DNA from: Acidobacteriota bacterium | Lineage (GTDB): Bacteria > Acidobacteriota > UBA6911 > RPQK01 > JAJDTT01 | Direction of reading: 5' to 3' | Assembly (NCBI GenBank): GCA_965263035.1 | Contig: OZ253580.1 | Location: 64,001-128,000, forward strand | Length of the DNA: 64,000 nt | Shown here: piece by piece, positions 1 to 9,832 of the stretch | Numbering within the stretch: the stretch's first letter is position 1 | How the letters are laid out: each line of letters starts with the position of its first letter | Translations under genes and position numbers: made by a program | Notes under the pieces: model-generated | The model's input: the letters and a program-made list of their open reading frames with translations, nothing else | What the model was told of the DNA's origin: nothing | Databases searched by the model: none

Positions 1-355
1 TTTCAGCATCAAGCAGATCCTCGTCGTATTCGACAATCACGCATTGCTCTAGTGACGGGATAACGCCCGGTCGAGCCTCCTGATCCCATATGAATCGCCA
101 TAGATTCCGACGGCTGTCCGGCAAGCTGTAGAAAGTCGTAAGATCAAGCCTCATGCGATCTGCCGTTCGAAGACGGCCGCGCGGTCTGTGGCCTGATCTC
201 CTGAGGTCACGTTTGATGTCTTGTTGGTTGGAGATACGCTGTCTATCGGCTCGGGTCCTGATTCCCAAAACCTTGCACAGTCGATCAAAACCTTCTTGAC
301 TAGACGCCAAGCAGGCGGGTAGGCCCTTCGGCACTGGAAATTCCGATTTTGTCAT
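1..355 (-). CDS. Hypothetical protein, runs off the window start
   Basis: Manual translation from ATG at 355 (MTKSEFPVPKGLPACL...EYDEDLLDAE) is open to the window edge; GAGAGGG RBS-like motif upstream. Confidence 0.5.
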   Translation of the reverse strand, partial: MTKSEFPVPKGLPACLASSQEGFDRLCKVLGIRTRADRQRISNQQDIKRDLRRSGHRPRGRLRTADRMRLDLTTFYSLPDSRRNLWRFIWDQEARPGVIPSLEQCVIVEYDEDLLDAE

Positions 356-721
356 CTTGCCCTCTCACGTCGGTTGGGGTACGGGGGCGAAAACTCGCTG
401 ATGAGAGCGTTTCCTGTCATTCTCAGTCAACACCAGCCAGTACGCGACGCCCGATTACGGCTACACCCATCGTGCGTCCGGCAGTTCACTGGCCCATTCC
501 GATGTGCGAGTGAACTGCACATCTTGCAACCCCCGCGCCACCAAGTGACTTAAAGTCAGGTTACCATGAGTACACGTAGATCAAATATAGCTGAGCGGGA
601 AACTACAATCGACACTGATAGACGCATCGACAGCCTAACGAGAGTTGGTCGCCGCGGGGATTGCAGTGTTGGGTGAAATCCCCCCGGTTGTCCAAACGCG
701 ACAATGCGATTGGGTTCCGAT

Positions 722-1608
722 CACTGGAGAAACGAGGGCTCTTTCAGTCCATGAGCCGCACCAGAGCATCGAACTCGATTTCGCCCGAGGCGGCAGCCTG
801 CGAAATCAGGCATTTGGCCGCGGACTGCCAAGACAAACTCAGACGGTCTGAAAGCAGACTACGGAATCCCCGGACGGGCAGACGAATCAGCCGCCGTTCA
901 ACATTCAATCGGCGGTCGATCCGGTCCCACTGGTAGCCGAGCCCCGTCCCCCGCAGCGTCGACGTTCGTATCCTTTCCTGCTCCAGCTTGAAGAAACCAG
1001 GGTGGACTGCCCGCTCCGTCTCGCTGCTGGCGGGAAAGAACTGGCGGCTGTTGGAATCTACGCCCCGAATGGTCTGCAGCCGGCCCGCCAGGCCGGCCGA
1101 CTGGAGCAGAGCGATGCCCGGGTTCGTCAAATCCTGAACTGCGAATGGAGCGCCGGCGGCACCGGCCCGGGGGGCCAGCACAAGCTCGGTCGACTGGCAC
1201 TTGCAGGTCTTCAGGGCCAAGCCGCTGTAGCCCAATTCCAGCGCCAGTTCCAGATCCTCCAGAGAACTCAGGGCATCGTCCAAGATGACCGGCTTGACTT
1301 CCCGCAATTCTGCCATGTCCAGCATTCGTTTTCGCAGGTCCCGTTCGCACGTTTGTTCCACGTAGAGTAACGAGTCGAACGCCGCCCGATTTTCCTCCCG
1401 CAACCGGACCAGCAGCTCCACCATGTACTGGGGCGTGTCGCACATCTCGTTGGTATCCGCCGTGAGCCACAGTTCATCGATGCCTAGGCGGCGTTGCTCT
1501 GCATGGGCCAACCGGTAGACTTCCAGCAGCCGAGCCAGATCCCACTCCAGGTCGGTCCCCACCAACTTGACCTTCAGGCAACCGAGCGCCTCGTACCGAA
1601 TCCATCAG
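722..1608 (-). pseudogene. Decayed partial duplicate: C-terminal half of the enolase-superfamily gene joined to a remnant of the class II aldolase 3' end
   Basis: 902-1608 is closely similar to 9844-10544; tail GEIEFDALVRLMD resembles GQLEFAALVRLMD of 8693..9475; no N-terminal half. Confidence 0.8.
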
Positions 1609-2184
1609 TTGCCGGATTCCGGAATTCAAGGTAGAATTTTTCCAGTTTATTGCCGTTGCAGAACCTATTCTGTTCACGCGAGCCATAGCGGGCAGACTCT
1701 GGAAGGTGTTTTCAGGTGAGCCCCTGTCGACGAGACGCTTCCCACCCCACCTTGCGCAATATCGCGGCCACACTGGGCCTCATATTGCTCACTGGTAGTG
1801 CTCTTCCAGGAGTCCGGTCCATCACCGAACAGACCGAGTTCTTCGAGTCCAAAGTCAGGCCCCTTCTGGCACGAAATTGCTACCAGTGCCACAGCGAACA
1901 GGCCAAGATCCTGTATTCCAACTTGCGGGTGGACGACCGAGCCGCCTTGCTGAATGGAGGCAACCGGGGCCCTGCGATCGTCCCCGGCGCCCCGAGCTCA
2001 AGCCAGCTGATTCAGGCAGTCCGTTACGAGAACCTTGAAATGCCTCCGGCCGGAAGGTTATCGGAGGATCAGATCGAGGCGCTGGTCAAATGGGTCGAGA
2101 TGGGTGCACCCTGGCCGGATCTGGAGGTGGCCGGTGGCGTCAAGACCTCCAAAGGGCAAGGCACCCTGGCCGCCAGTCCTAGCC

Positions 2185-4649
2185 CTGCCCTATACCCACA
2201 AATAGTGCTGGACAAACAAGAATGCCTGTCGTAGTCTTCACGACATGGTAGTTCAGAACCAGATCAAGCGCACCTTGAGCCGAGAGTTGGATCGTTTGCA
2301 CGCCGTGATGAGGCGGGAGAAGTTCGCCCACCGGACGGCGCTGGCGGACCGGGTCTGCTCGGAGTTTGGATTTCACGATGCCCGAGGGCGGGCGCAACGG
2401 AGCGGCTGCCTGAAGGCGCTCCGGGAGCTGGAGGCGGGCGGACGGATTCGTCTGCCGACGCCGCGACGGCGGGTGAACCATTGCGGGCCCCGAGGACTGG
2501 GCCGTGCGGTGCCGGAGCCGGTCGGGGTGCCCGAGACGGTGGACGGCGTGCGGGAGCTGGAGTTGATTCTGGTGGAGACGGGTCCGCAACGAGCGCTCTG
2601 GAACGAGTTGATGGCGCGAGAGCATCCACGGGGCGCGGGGCCGTTGGTGGGTGCTCAACTACGCTATCTGGTGGGCTCGGCCCACGGCTGGCTGGGGGGC
2701 TTGGGGTTCGGGGCGGCGGCGTTGCGGTTGCGGGACCGGGACCGCTGGATCGGATGGGATGAGGAACAACGCCGGGCGCACCTGCACCGGGTGGTGGGGC
2801 TGAGCCGGTTTCTGATCCGTCCGTCAGTGAGGTGTCGTAATCTGGCCTCCCGGGTGCTGGGGGAGGTGTTGCGGCGGCTGGGTCCGGAGTTCCAGGCGCG
2901 CTACGGCTACCGTCCCTGGCTGGTGGAGACCTTCGTGGAGACGGCTCGCCACGATGGGGCCAGTTTGCGCGCCACGAACTGGAGGGTTCTGGGGCAGACG
3001 CAGGGTCGAGGCCGGCAAGATCGGGCGCACCGGGGTGCGGAGACGAGCAAGGCGATCTATGGGTATGAGTTGTGCCGGGATTGGCGTCGGCGGTTGGGGG
3101 TGGGACCGGCGCCGAGGCGGGGAGTGGAACCGATGTCGGAGGGCGAGGGACTGGAGGGAGAGGGCTGGGCTCAGCAGGAGTTGGGCGGGGCGCCGCTGGG
3201 AGACCGGCGCTTGAGTCGGCGACTGGTGGAGAGTGCGCACCGTCAGGCGCAGGAGCCGGGGCGGGCGTTCACGGGAGTGGCGCGGGGCGATCCGGCGGCG
3301 GTCAAGGGATACTACCGGCTGATCGACCAGCCGGAAGCCTCGGCGGTGACGGTGTCCAACATCCTGGCCCCGCACCGGGAGCGGACCCGGCAGCGGATGC
3401 AGGGGCAGCGGACGGTGCTGTGCATCCAGGACGGGAGCGATCTGAACTTCACGCGGCACGGCCGGTGTGAGGGACTGGGGGTGATCGGGCGCAACCAGAC
3501 GGGAGCGACGGCGCGGGGACTGCATCTGCACGCGACGCTGGTGGTGAGTGAGACGGGGCTGCCGCTGGGGGTGTTGCGGGCGAAGCTGGACGCGCCGAAG
3601 CCGGGACCGGTGGCCACGCGGAAAAAGAAGAAGACGTATCGCTGGATCGAGGGACTTCGGGACTGCGCCGAGGTGTCGCGGTCCCTCGACGGGGTGCGGG
3701 TGGTCAGCGTGGTGGACCGGGAGGCGGATTTTTTCGCACTGTTCGCCGAGCAACGAGCGTCTCCGGAGGTGGAGTTGCTGGTGCGTGCGAAGCAGGATCG
3801 GGTGCTGAAGAGGAAGACCCCGGCGAAGGCGGCCGGGAAAAGCGCGGATCCGGACCCGGAGCAGAAGCGGAAGCTGTTCGGGCGCCTGCGATCGGCGCCG
3901 GTGCGGGCCCGGATGCTGCTGGAGGTGAAGCGTCAGAGTGCGCGGATCAAGGCCAGCAAGCAGGCGGCCCGCCCGGGGCGGCTGGCGCGGGTGGCACGGA
4001 TGGAACTGCGCTACGAGACCCTGACGATTCCGGCGCCGCGCGGGAACCCAAGCGGCATCCCGTCGCTGAGACTGTCGGTGGTGCACGCGCGGGAGGTCGC
4101 GCCGCCGGCGCAGGGGAAGCGCCTGGAATGGTTCCTGCTCACCACCCTGCCGGTGACCGATGCCGAGACGGCGCAGCAACTGCTGAGATGGTATGCCCTG
4201 CGCTGGCGGGTGGAGGATTATTTCCGGGTGCTCAAGACCGGATGCCGGGTGCAACAGCTCCAGCACCAAACCGCCGAACGTCTGAAACGGGCCATCGCCA
4301 TGCACGCCGTCATCGCCTGGCGGATCATGCTGATGACGCTGCTGGGGCGAGAGGACCCGGACCTGCCGGCGCAATTGTTGTTCTCGGATCTGGAAATCCG
4401 GGTCCTGGGGGCGTTTGCCGCGTCGCGACGATACCCACCGCCGGAAGACCTGGGGGCGGCCGTGCTCGTGCTGGCCCGCCTGGGAGGATATCTGGCTCGT
4501 AAACACGACCCCCCACCCGGGCATCAACTGATGTGGCAGGGCTACGTCACGCTCTACGGCATGTGTCTGGGCTTCGCTTTACGAGAAGAAACATGAATGA
4601 AACCGGACCCAGGCTAATGTGCCCTGTGCAATATGTGGGTAAAGGGCAG
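2185..4649 (+). mobile_element. IS4-family insertion sequence, 2465 bp
   Basis: 19-bp TIRs CTGCCCTATACCCACAAAT / ATATGTGGGTAAAGGGCAG; TSD TCCTAGCC at 2177-2184 and 4650-4657. Confidence 0.93.
2245..4596 (+). CDS. IS4 (IS50/Tn5-like) DDE transposase with an N-terminal DUF4338/DruA-like domain
   Basis: WAQQELGGAPLGDRRL, LCIQDGS, VVDREADFF, YALRWRVEDYFRVLKTGC, LARLGGYL..PPG; N-terminal GAQLRYLV, SRFLIRP, PWLVETFV, NWRVLGQTQGRGR. Confidence 0.9.
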   Translation: MVVQNQIKRTLSRELDRLHAVMRREKFAHRTALADRVCSEFGFHDARGRAQRSGCLKALRELEAGGRIRLPTPRRRVNHCGPRGLGRAVPEPVGVPETVDGVRELELILVETGPQRALWNELMAREHPRGAGPLVGAQLRYLVGSAHGWLGGLGFGAAALRLRDRDRWIGWDEEQRRAHLHRVVGLSRFLIRPSVRCRNLASRVLGEVLRRLGPEFQARYGYRPWLVETFVETARHDGASLRATNWRVLGQTQGRGRQDRAHRGAETSKAIYGYELCRDWRRRLGVGPAPRRGVEPMSEGEGLEGEGWAQQELGGAPLGDRRLSRRLVESAHRQAQEPGRAFTGVARGDPAAVKGYYRLIDQPEASAVTVSNILAPHRERTRQRMQGQRTVLCIQDGSDLNFTRHGRCEGLGVIGRNQTGATARGLHLHATLVVSETGLPLGVLRAKLDAPKPGPVATRKKKKTYRWIEGLRDCAEVSRSLDGVRVVSVVDREADFFALFAEQRASPEVELLVRAKQDRVLKRKTPAKAAGKSADPDPEQKRKLFGRLRSAPVRARMLLEVKRQSARIKASKQAARPGRLARVARMELRYETLTIPAPRGNPSGIPSLRLSVVHAREVAPPAQGKRLEWFLLTTLPVTDAETAQQLLRWYALRWRVEDYFRVLKTGCRVQQLQHQTAERLKRAIAMHAVIAWRIMLMTLLGREDPDLPAQLLFSDLEIRVLGAFAASRRYPPPEDLGAAVLVLARLGGYLARKHDPPPGHQLMWQGYVTLYGMCLGFALREET

Positions 4650-6765
4650 TCCTAGCCACTGGGCCTGGAAGCCGGTGAAAAAGGGCTCCCCGCCTCCGGT
4701 CCGGGACAATACCTGGCCCGCCCATCCCATAGACAACTTCATTCTGACGAGGCTGGAGGCCGAGGGTCTGAACCCGTCCTCCGAGGCTGACCGTTACACG
4801 CTGTTGCGACGGATTTACTTCGATCTCACCGGTCTTCCCCCGGAGCCCGAAGACATCGAGTCGTTTGTCGGAGACGATTCCGAACTCGCCTTCGAGAAGG
4901 TCGTTGAGCGGATTCTGAGATCTCCAGGATTCGGCGAGCGCTGGGGACGGCACTGGCTCGATTTGACGAGCTATGCCGACAGTCTGGGCCAGGGTCGCCG
5001 CATTCCGGCAAGGGAGGCCTGGAGATATCGCGACTACGTCATCAATGCGTTCAATTCCGACAAGCCCTACGACCGCTTTGTTCAGGAGCAGGTCTCGGGA
5101 GACGTCCTGCCCTGGAAAACCGACGACCAGCGTCGTGAGCAGATCGTGGCCACAGGCTTCCTGGCGATCGGGCCCTGGGCGGTCGTGGATGCCGACAAAG
5201 AGAAGCTCCGCATGGATGTCGTGGATCACCAGCTCGATACCCTGGGCCGGGCCCTTCAGGGACTGACTCTCGGTTGCGCGCGCTGCCACGACCACAAGTT
5301 CGATCCCATCCCCACCCGCGATTACTATGCATTGGCGGGAATATTCCGAAGCACTCGAACGCTCAACGGCCGCATGAGCGGCGGCTTCAGCGACGTCAAC
5401 CGGGTGTTGCTGCCGGAGACCCCATCCGAACTGAGGAAGCGTGCCCTGGCCACGGAGGACTATCAGGAGGCCCTGCACAAGGCCCTGAGTGAGTATGAAG
5501 CCGTCGAATCTGAAAAGAAGCGCTTGACCGACCAGCAGAAGGCGCTCGAAGAGGCCGGAACCGAATCCAAGGAGGATCTCGAGAAGGAAATCAAGGAAAT
5601 CGAGAAGAAGGTCAAGAAAGCGAAGGACCGGATCAGACTGCGGGAGTTCCGCAGACCGGGTCCGGCAATGGCGATCGCCGTCCAGGATCGGGCGGTCCCC
5701 GAAGACTGTCGCGTCAACATCAGCGGGGACCCGCACAATCTCGGTGAAGAAGTTCCGAGGGGATTTCCTTCAGTGGCTTCGCCCTCGCCGGCTGGTCGAA
5801 TCGACAGCCATCGAAATCTGAAAGGGCTGTATGAGGGTTTCCAGAAATCAAGCGGCCGACTGGAGCTGGCCGAGTGGCTCATCGACCCGCAGAATCGCCT
5901 GTTGGCCAGAGTCATGGTCAACCGGATCTGGCATCATCTCTTCGGCGCCGGCCTGGTCCGTACGGTCGACAATTTTGGTGCGGGAGGAGAGCCTCCCAGC
6001 CATCCGGAACTGCTCGACCACCTCGCCTCCCGTTTTGTCGAACTGGGATGGTCCGTCAAGGGGATGATCCGGGAGATCGCTCTCACGCGAACCTACCGCC
6101 AGGCCAGCCGTCACAAGCTGAAAGGGCACGAGGTCGACCCGGACAACCGCCTGCTGTGGCGGACCAATCGCCGCCGCCTGGAGGCGGAATCTTTTCGCGA
6201 TTCCGTGCTGGCCATCAGTGGAGCCCTGGACCGCACCCGGGGAGGCCCCACCCTGCCCCTGGACATCCCCGAGAGCATCGAGTTGGGTTTTCCCACGGCT
6301 CTGAGGCAGGATGCCAAAGTGAACGAACAATTCCTGTATCGGCGAACGGTTTACCTGCCGTCCGTGCGCAAGAATCAGCTCCCGCAGCTCGACATGCTGA
6401 ACCTTTTCGATTTCCCCGATACCGATCAGACGATCGGAGCCCGGTCGGTCACCACTGTCCCCACGCAGAGCCTCTATCTGATGAATTCTTCTTTTCTGCG
6501 CGAGCAGTCTCTGCTGACGGCCCGCACCCTCTTGGAGACCGGGGAGCTGGACGACAAAAGGCGTATCTCTGATTTTCACCTGCAAGCCTTGAACCGGACC
6601 GCCACGAAGCAGGAAGTGAACCGGGCGCTGGATTTCATCGCGAGTTTCGAAGGGAAGCTGGGCCGTTTGTCCGAGGCGTCTGAAAATCCGCGCCTGACAG
6701 CCTGGGCGCGCTACTGTCATTCCGTGTTTGCGTCAAACGAATTCCTTTTCCGAGGATAGTTCCCT

Positions 6766-8193
6766 ATGACCCTCCCGCCTCACCGAGACGTGACGCGCCG
6801 CCGTTTCTTGCGATCCTCCGCTTGCGGCTTCGGTTCCGTGGCGCTGGCCGCCATGTGCACCGAGCAGGCTGCGGTCGCCGCCGGACCCCTGGCGCCGAAG
6901 GTTCCGCATATTCCTCCCCGCGTTAAGCGCGTGATTTTCATGTGGATGGCGGGCGGCCCATCCCAGATCGACATGTTCGACTACAAGCCACGGCTGGCGA
7001 AAGAGAGTGGAGAGGCCATTCCCTACGAGATTCCCGATGGGGTTGGAATGGATTTGAGCCGCCTGTTGGGACCGATCTCTCCGATGCGGCCCCAGGGACA
7101 ATCCGGGTTGATGATGACCGATTGGCTGCCCCACCTGGGGAAGCACGCCGATGAGCTGTGTCTGCTCCGTGCCATGCAGGCGGACAGCGAAGCCCATGCT
7201 CCTGCGGCCAGGCAACTCCACACCGGTGACCCCCGCCTGATTCGTCCGTCAATGGGATCTTGGGTCGGGTACGGGCTGGGAACCGAGAACCAGAACCTGC
7301 CCGGCTTCGTCACCATCTGCCCACTTATTTTTCATGACACGGGCAGCGTCCAGTTTTTCGGGAATTCGTTCCTCCCCGCCATCTACCAGGGAACGGCACT
7401 GGGAAGTCGGTCCACTGGTGCTGAGAAAGCCGTGTTTCACTATCTCGAGGATCCGAGCCTGCCGGCCGAGCTGCAGCGCGATCAGGTGGATTTCATTCAG
7501 CAGATGAATCGAGCACATCTGAGTCAAGTTCGAGCCGACCGCCAGATGGAGGGACTCATCCAATCCTTTGAGCTGGCGTTTCGGATGCAGTCGGAGGCTC
7601 CGGACCTCATCGACCTGTCTTCCGAGTCAAAGGCCACGCTCGATCTCTATGGCATCGGCGAGAAAGAGACCGACGAGTTCGGACGCCAGTGCCTGCTGGC
7701 CCGCCGCTTTGCTGAAGCCGGCGTCCGCTTCATCCAGGTCACCTCAAGTGGCTGGGACCATCACGAAGCGATTGGTAAGGGTCTTCCCAAGAAATGCGTC
7801 TCCATAGACAAGCCGACAGCCGGCCTGATCACGGACCTCAAAGCCAGGGGACTGTTCGACGACACGCTCCTGGTCTGGTCGGGTGAGTTTGGGCGAACCC
7901 CCCACTTCGAGGATTTTTCCTTCGGAGACAAATCCCAATACGGCCGGGGCCACAACCCCGAAGGCTTCTGTGCCTGGATGGCCGGAGGTGGTGTGCGTGG
8001 AGGCATGGTCCACGGCGTCACCGACGAGTACGGCCTCCGGGCCGTCGACCAGAAGGTGCATATCCATGACTTGCACGCCACCATGCTCCATCTGTTGGGC
8101 CTCGACCATGAGAAGTTGACCTATCGCTACAGCGGTCGCGACTTCCGCCTCACGGACGTCTACGGGCGGGTGGTGAAAGAAATCCTGGCTTGA
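6766..8193 (+). CDS. DUF1501 family protein (Tat-exported)
   Basis: TRRRFL leader, [30 protein letters not shown]. Confidence 0.92.
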   Translation: MTLPPHRDVTRRRFLRSSACGFGSVALAAMCTEQAAVAAGPLAPKVPHIPPRVKRVIFMWMAGGPSQIDMFDYKPRLAKESGEAIPYEIPDGVGMDLSRLLGPISPMRPQGQSGLMMTDWLPHLGKHADELCLLRAMQADSEAHAPAARQLHTGDPRLIRPSMGSWVGYGLGTENQNLPGFVTICPLIFHDTGSVQFFGNSFLPAIYQGTALGSRSTGAEKAVFHYLEDPSLPAELQRDQVDFIQQMNRAHLSQVRADRQMEGLIQSFELAFRMQSEAPDLIDLSSESKATLDLYGIGEKETDEFGRQCLLARRFAEAGVRFIQVTSSGWDHHEAIGKGLPKKCVSIDKPTAGLITDLKARGLFDDTLLVWSGEFGRTPHFEDFSFGDKSQYGRGHNPEGFCAWMAGGGVRGGMVHGVTDEYGLRAVDQKVHIHDLHATMLHLLGLDHEKLTYRYSGRDFRLTDVYGRVVKEILA

Positions 8194-8275
8194 CGACAGG
8201 TGGGGGCAGGTCCTGAGGGGCGGGCGGTTGGATCGGTGCCCGGCGAACGCTGGTCCGTTACGAACGCGTCAGGCG

Positions 8276-8629
8276 TCACGCGTCAACTTTCGTCGTCGTT
8301 ATCCACCGGCCAAGGATAAAGACTACCAACGGGATCATATAGATCATGATTCCCCCCAGATGGCTCACCTGATAGGAGAACAGGAACTCGTAGACCCAAA
8401 CTGCGGCCGCGGTGAACGCACTGGCTCCGACAAAGGCCGAGTCCCGCCGGGTCCAGACCCGCTTTTTCTTGGGAAGAAGGACGAGGTAGATGACCACCCC
8501 GGTGACCAAAAAGCCCAGGAAGTGCAGTGGCCGGTACAGTGAAGGACCGACGTACTGATCCAGGGACGCCAATCTTTCATATAGGAAGACTGACAGGACT
8601 ACGGCAATAATGAGCCGCAGGATCCTCAT
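8276..8629 (-). CDS. Small membrane protein, about 4 TM
   Basis: Hydrophobic ORF downstream of the aldolase, same strand. Confidence 0.6.
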   Translation of the reverse strand: MRILRLIIAVVLSVFLYERLASLDQYVGPSLYRPLHFLGFLVTGVVIYLVLLPKKKRVWTRRDSAFVGASAFTAAAVWVYEFLFSYQVSHLGGIMIYMIPLVVFILGRWITTTKVDA

Positions 8630-8692
8630 CGCTCAGCTGCCTTTAGGGAGCCTTCGGACTCGCCCGCTCGAATCGATCCAGAGAAGCCGGAA

Positions 8693-9475
8693 TCAGTTGC
8701 GGAACGAGGGGTCCCTCTGGTCCATGAGCCGAACCAGGGCTGCGAACTCCAGTTGGCCCAGGTCTGCGGCGCACTTGGCAAAATCATCCATCTGGTCCGC
8801 CGAGCGCTTGATGACCGATTCAGGCGGGATCACCAGGTTCTGCCGGCAGGCCATGGCGTCGAGCTGGACCTGGCAGGCCCGCTCCAGGCGGTAGATGTGC
8901 AGGAACGCCTCGGGAACGGTCCGTCCGACGCTCAGCAGACCATGGTTGCGCAGGATCATGGCGTTCGCCGTTCCCAGGTCCTGGGCCAGTTTCTTGCGCT
9001 CCTCCAGAAAGAGCTGAGAGCCTTCGTATTCGTGGTAGGCGACGTTGTTGTAGAAACTGGTGGCGTTCATGCTGATGTTCAGGAGACCGCATTCCAGCGC
9101 CGCCACGGCCATTCCGGCCCGGGTATGGGTGTGGATCACGCAGTGGGCATCGTCCCGGTGTTCGTGGATTGCGCTGTGGATGACGAACCCGGCCGGGTTG
9201 AAGGGATAGTCGGAGGGCTCGACGAGATTCCCGTCCAGGTCGATCTTCACCAGGCTGGAAGCCGTGATCTCGTCGTAACGCAGTCCGTAGGGGTTGATCA
9301 GAAAGTGGTGTTCGGGGCCGGGCACGCGTAGCGAGATATGCCCGTAGATCAGCTCGCACCAGCCGAAGTAGTCCACAATCCGGTAGCAGGCCGCGAGCTG
9401 GACCCGGAGATCCCGTTCGACGGCATCTATTTCCCGAGGAATCTCGGAGACTACGGTTGTCTGTATCGTCGCCAT
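8693..9475 (-). CDS. Class II aldolase/adducin family protein
   Basis: GHISLRVPG, FLINPYG, IHSAIH, HTHT, LRNHGLL; AGGAGG RBS. Confidence 0.92.
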   Translation of the reverse strand: MATIQTTVVSEIPREIDAVERDLRVQLAACYRIVDYFGWCELIYGHISLRVPGPEHHFLINPYGLRYDEITASSLVKIDLDGNLVEPSDYPFNPAGFVIHSAIHEHRDDAHCVIHTHTRAGMAVAALECGLLNISMNATSFYNNVAYHEYEGSQLFLEERKKLAQDLGTANAMILRNHGLLSVGRTVPEAFLHIYRLERACQVQLDAMACRQNLVIPPESVIKRSADQMDDFAKCAADLGQLEFAALVRLMDQRDPSFRN

Positions 9476-9532
9476 GGCTGATCCTCCTTAATCAGTTGAG
9501 AAACATGTCCGGGTGCCCTTGTGGGGGTCTAG

Positions 9533-9691
9533 GAGCCTGCGCCACAGAAATTGATCTACTGCGAAAGCGGTAGAATCGGTCCATATTTCCTCGATTTCTC
9601 GGCGAATAGAACAACTATGCACCTCAAAATCGAGAAAATCTGGCCTCGATTCCCCACTTTCTCGCTACGATCATTTCTACCGCGCAGACTC
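9533..9691. mobile_element. 159-bp MITE, copy 1
   Basis: TIR GAGCCTGCGC / GCGCAGACTC, CTAG on both sides; differs from 40497-40655 at 2 positions. Confidence 0.9.
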
Positions 9692-9759
9692 CTAGGAGGG
9701 GCGATTTCCCAGTCGCCCATTCCTCCATTCGCCCGTTCCCCCCTTGTTACGTAGGAGTT

Positions 9760-9810
9760 CGGCGGCTAGAAACCGCCGTTCCTGTTCGGCGGTTGGAAAC
9801 CGCGGCTCCT
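9760..9810 (+). repeat. Tandem pair of REP-like hairpins (family A)
   Basis: CGGCGGCTAGAAACCGCCGTTCC and CGGCGGTTGGAAACCGCGGCTCC. Confidence 0.75.
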
Positions 9811-9832
9811 TTGAAATCAGATTACCACGACG

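Larger units (their letters stand above)
1716..6759 (+). pseudogene. PSD1/DUF1549/DUF1553 planctomycete-type cytochrome c protein interrupted by IS4
   Basis: 5' part has FFESKVRPLL..CYQCH; 3' part has [34 protein letters not shown]; removing 2185-4657 restores the frame (AASPSHWAWK). Confidence 0.9.

Noticed and set aside
2245-3120. Complete Druantia defence system
   Set aside because: Only a DruA-like domain inside an IS; no DruE helicase or other dru genes
9551-9754. Duplicated small ORF MIYCESGRIG (also at 40515)
   Set aside because: Lies in the MITE, starts at TTG, and its C-termini differ with the flanks
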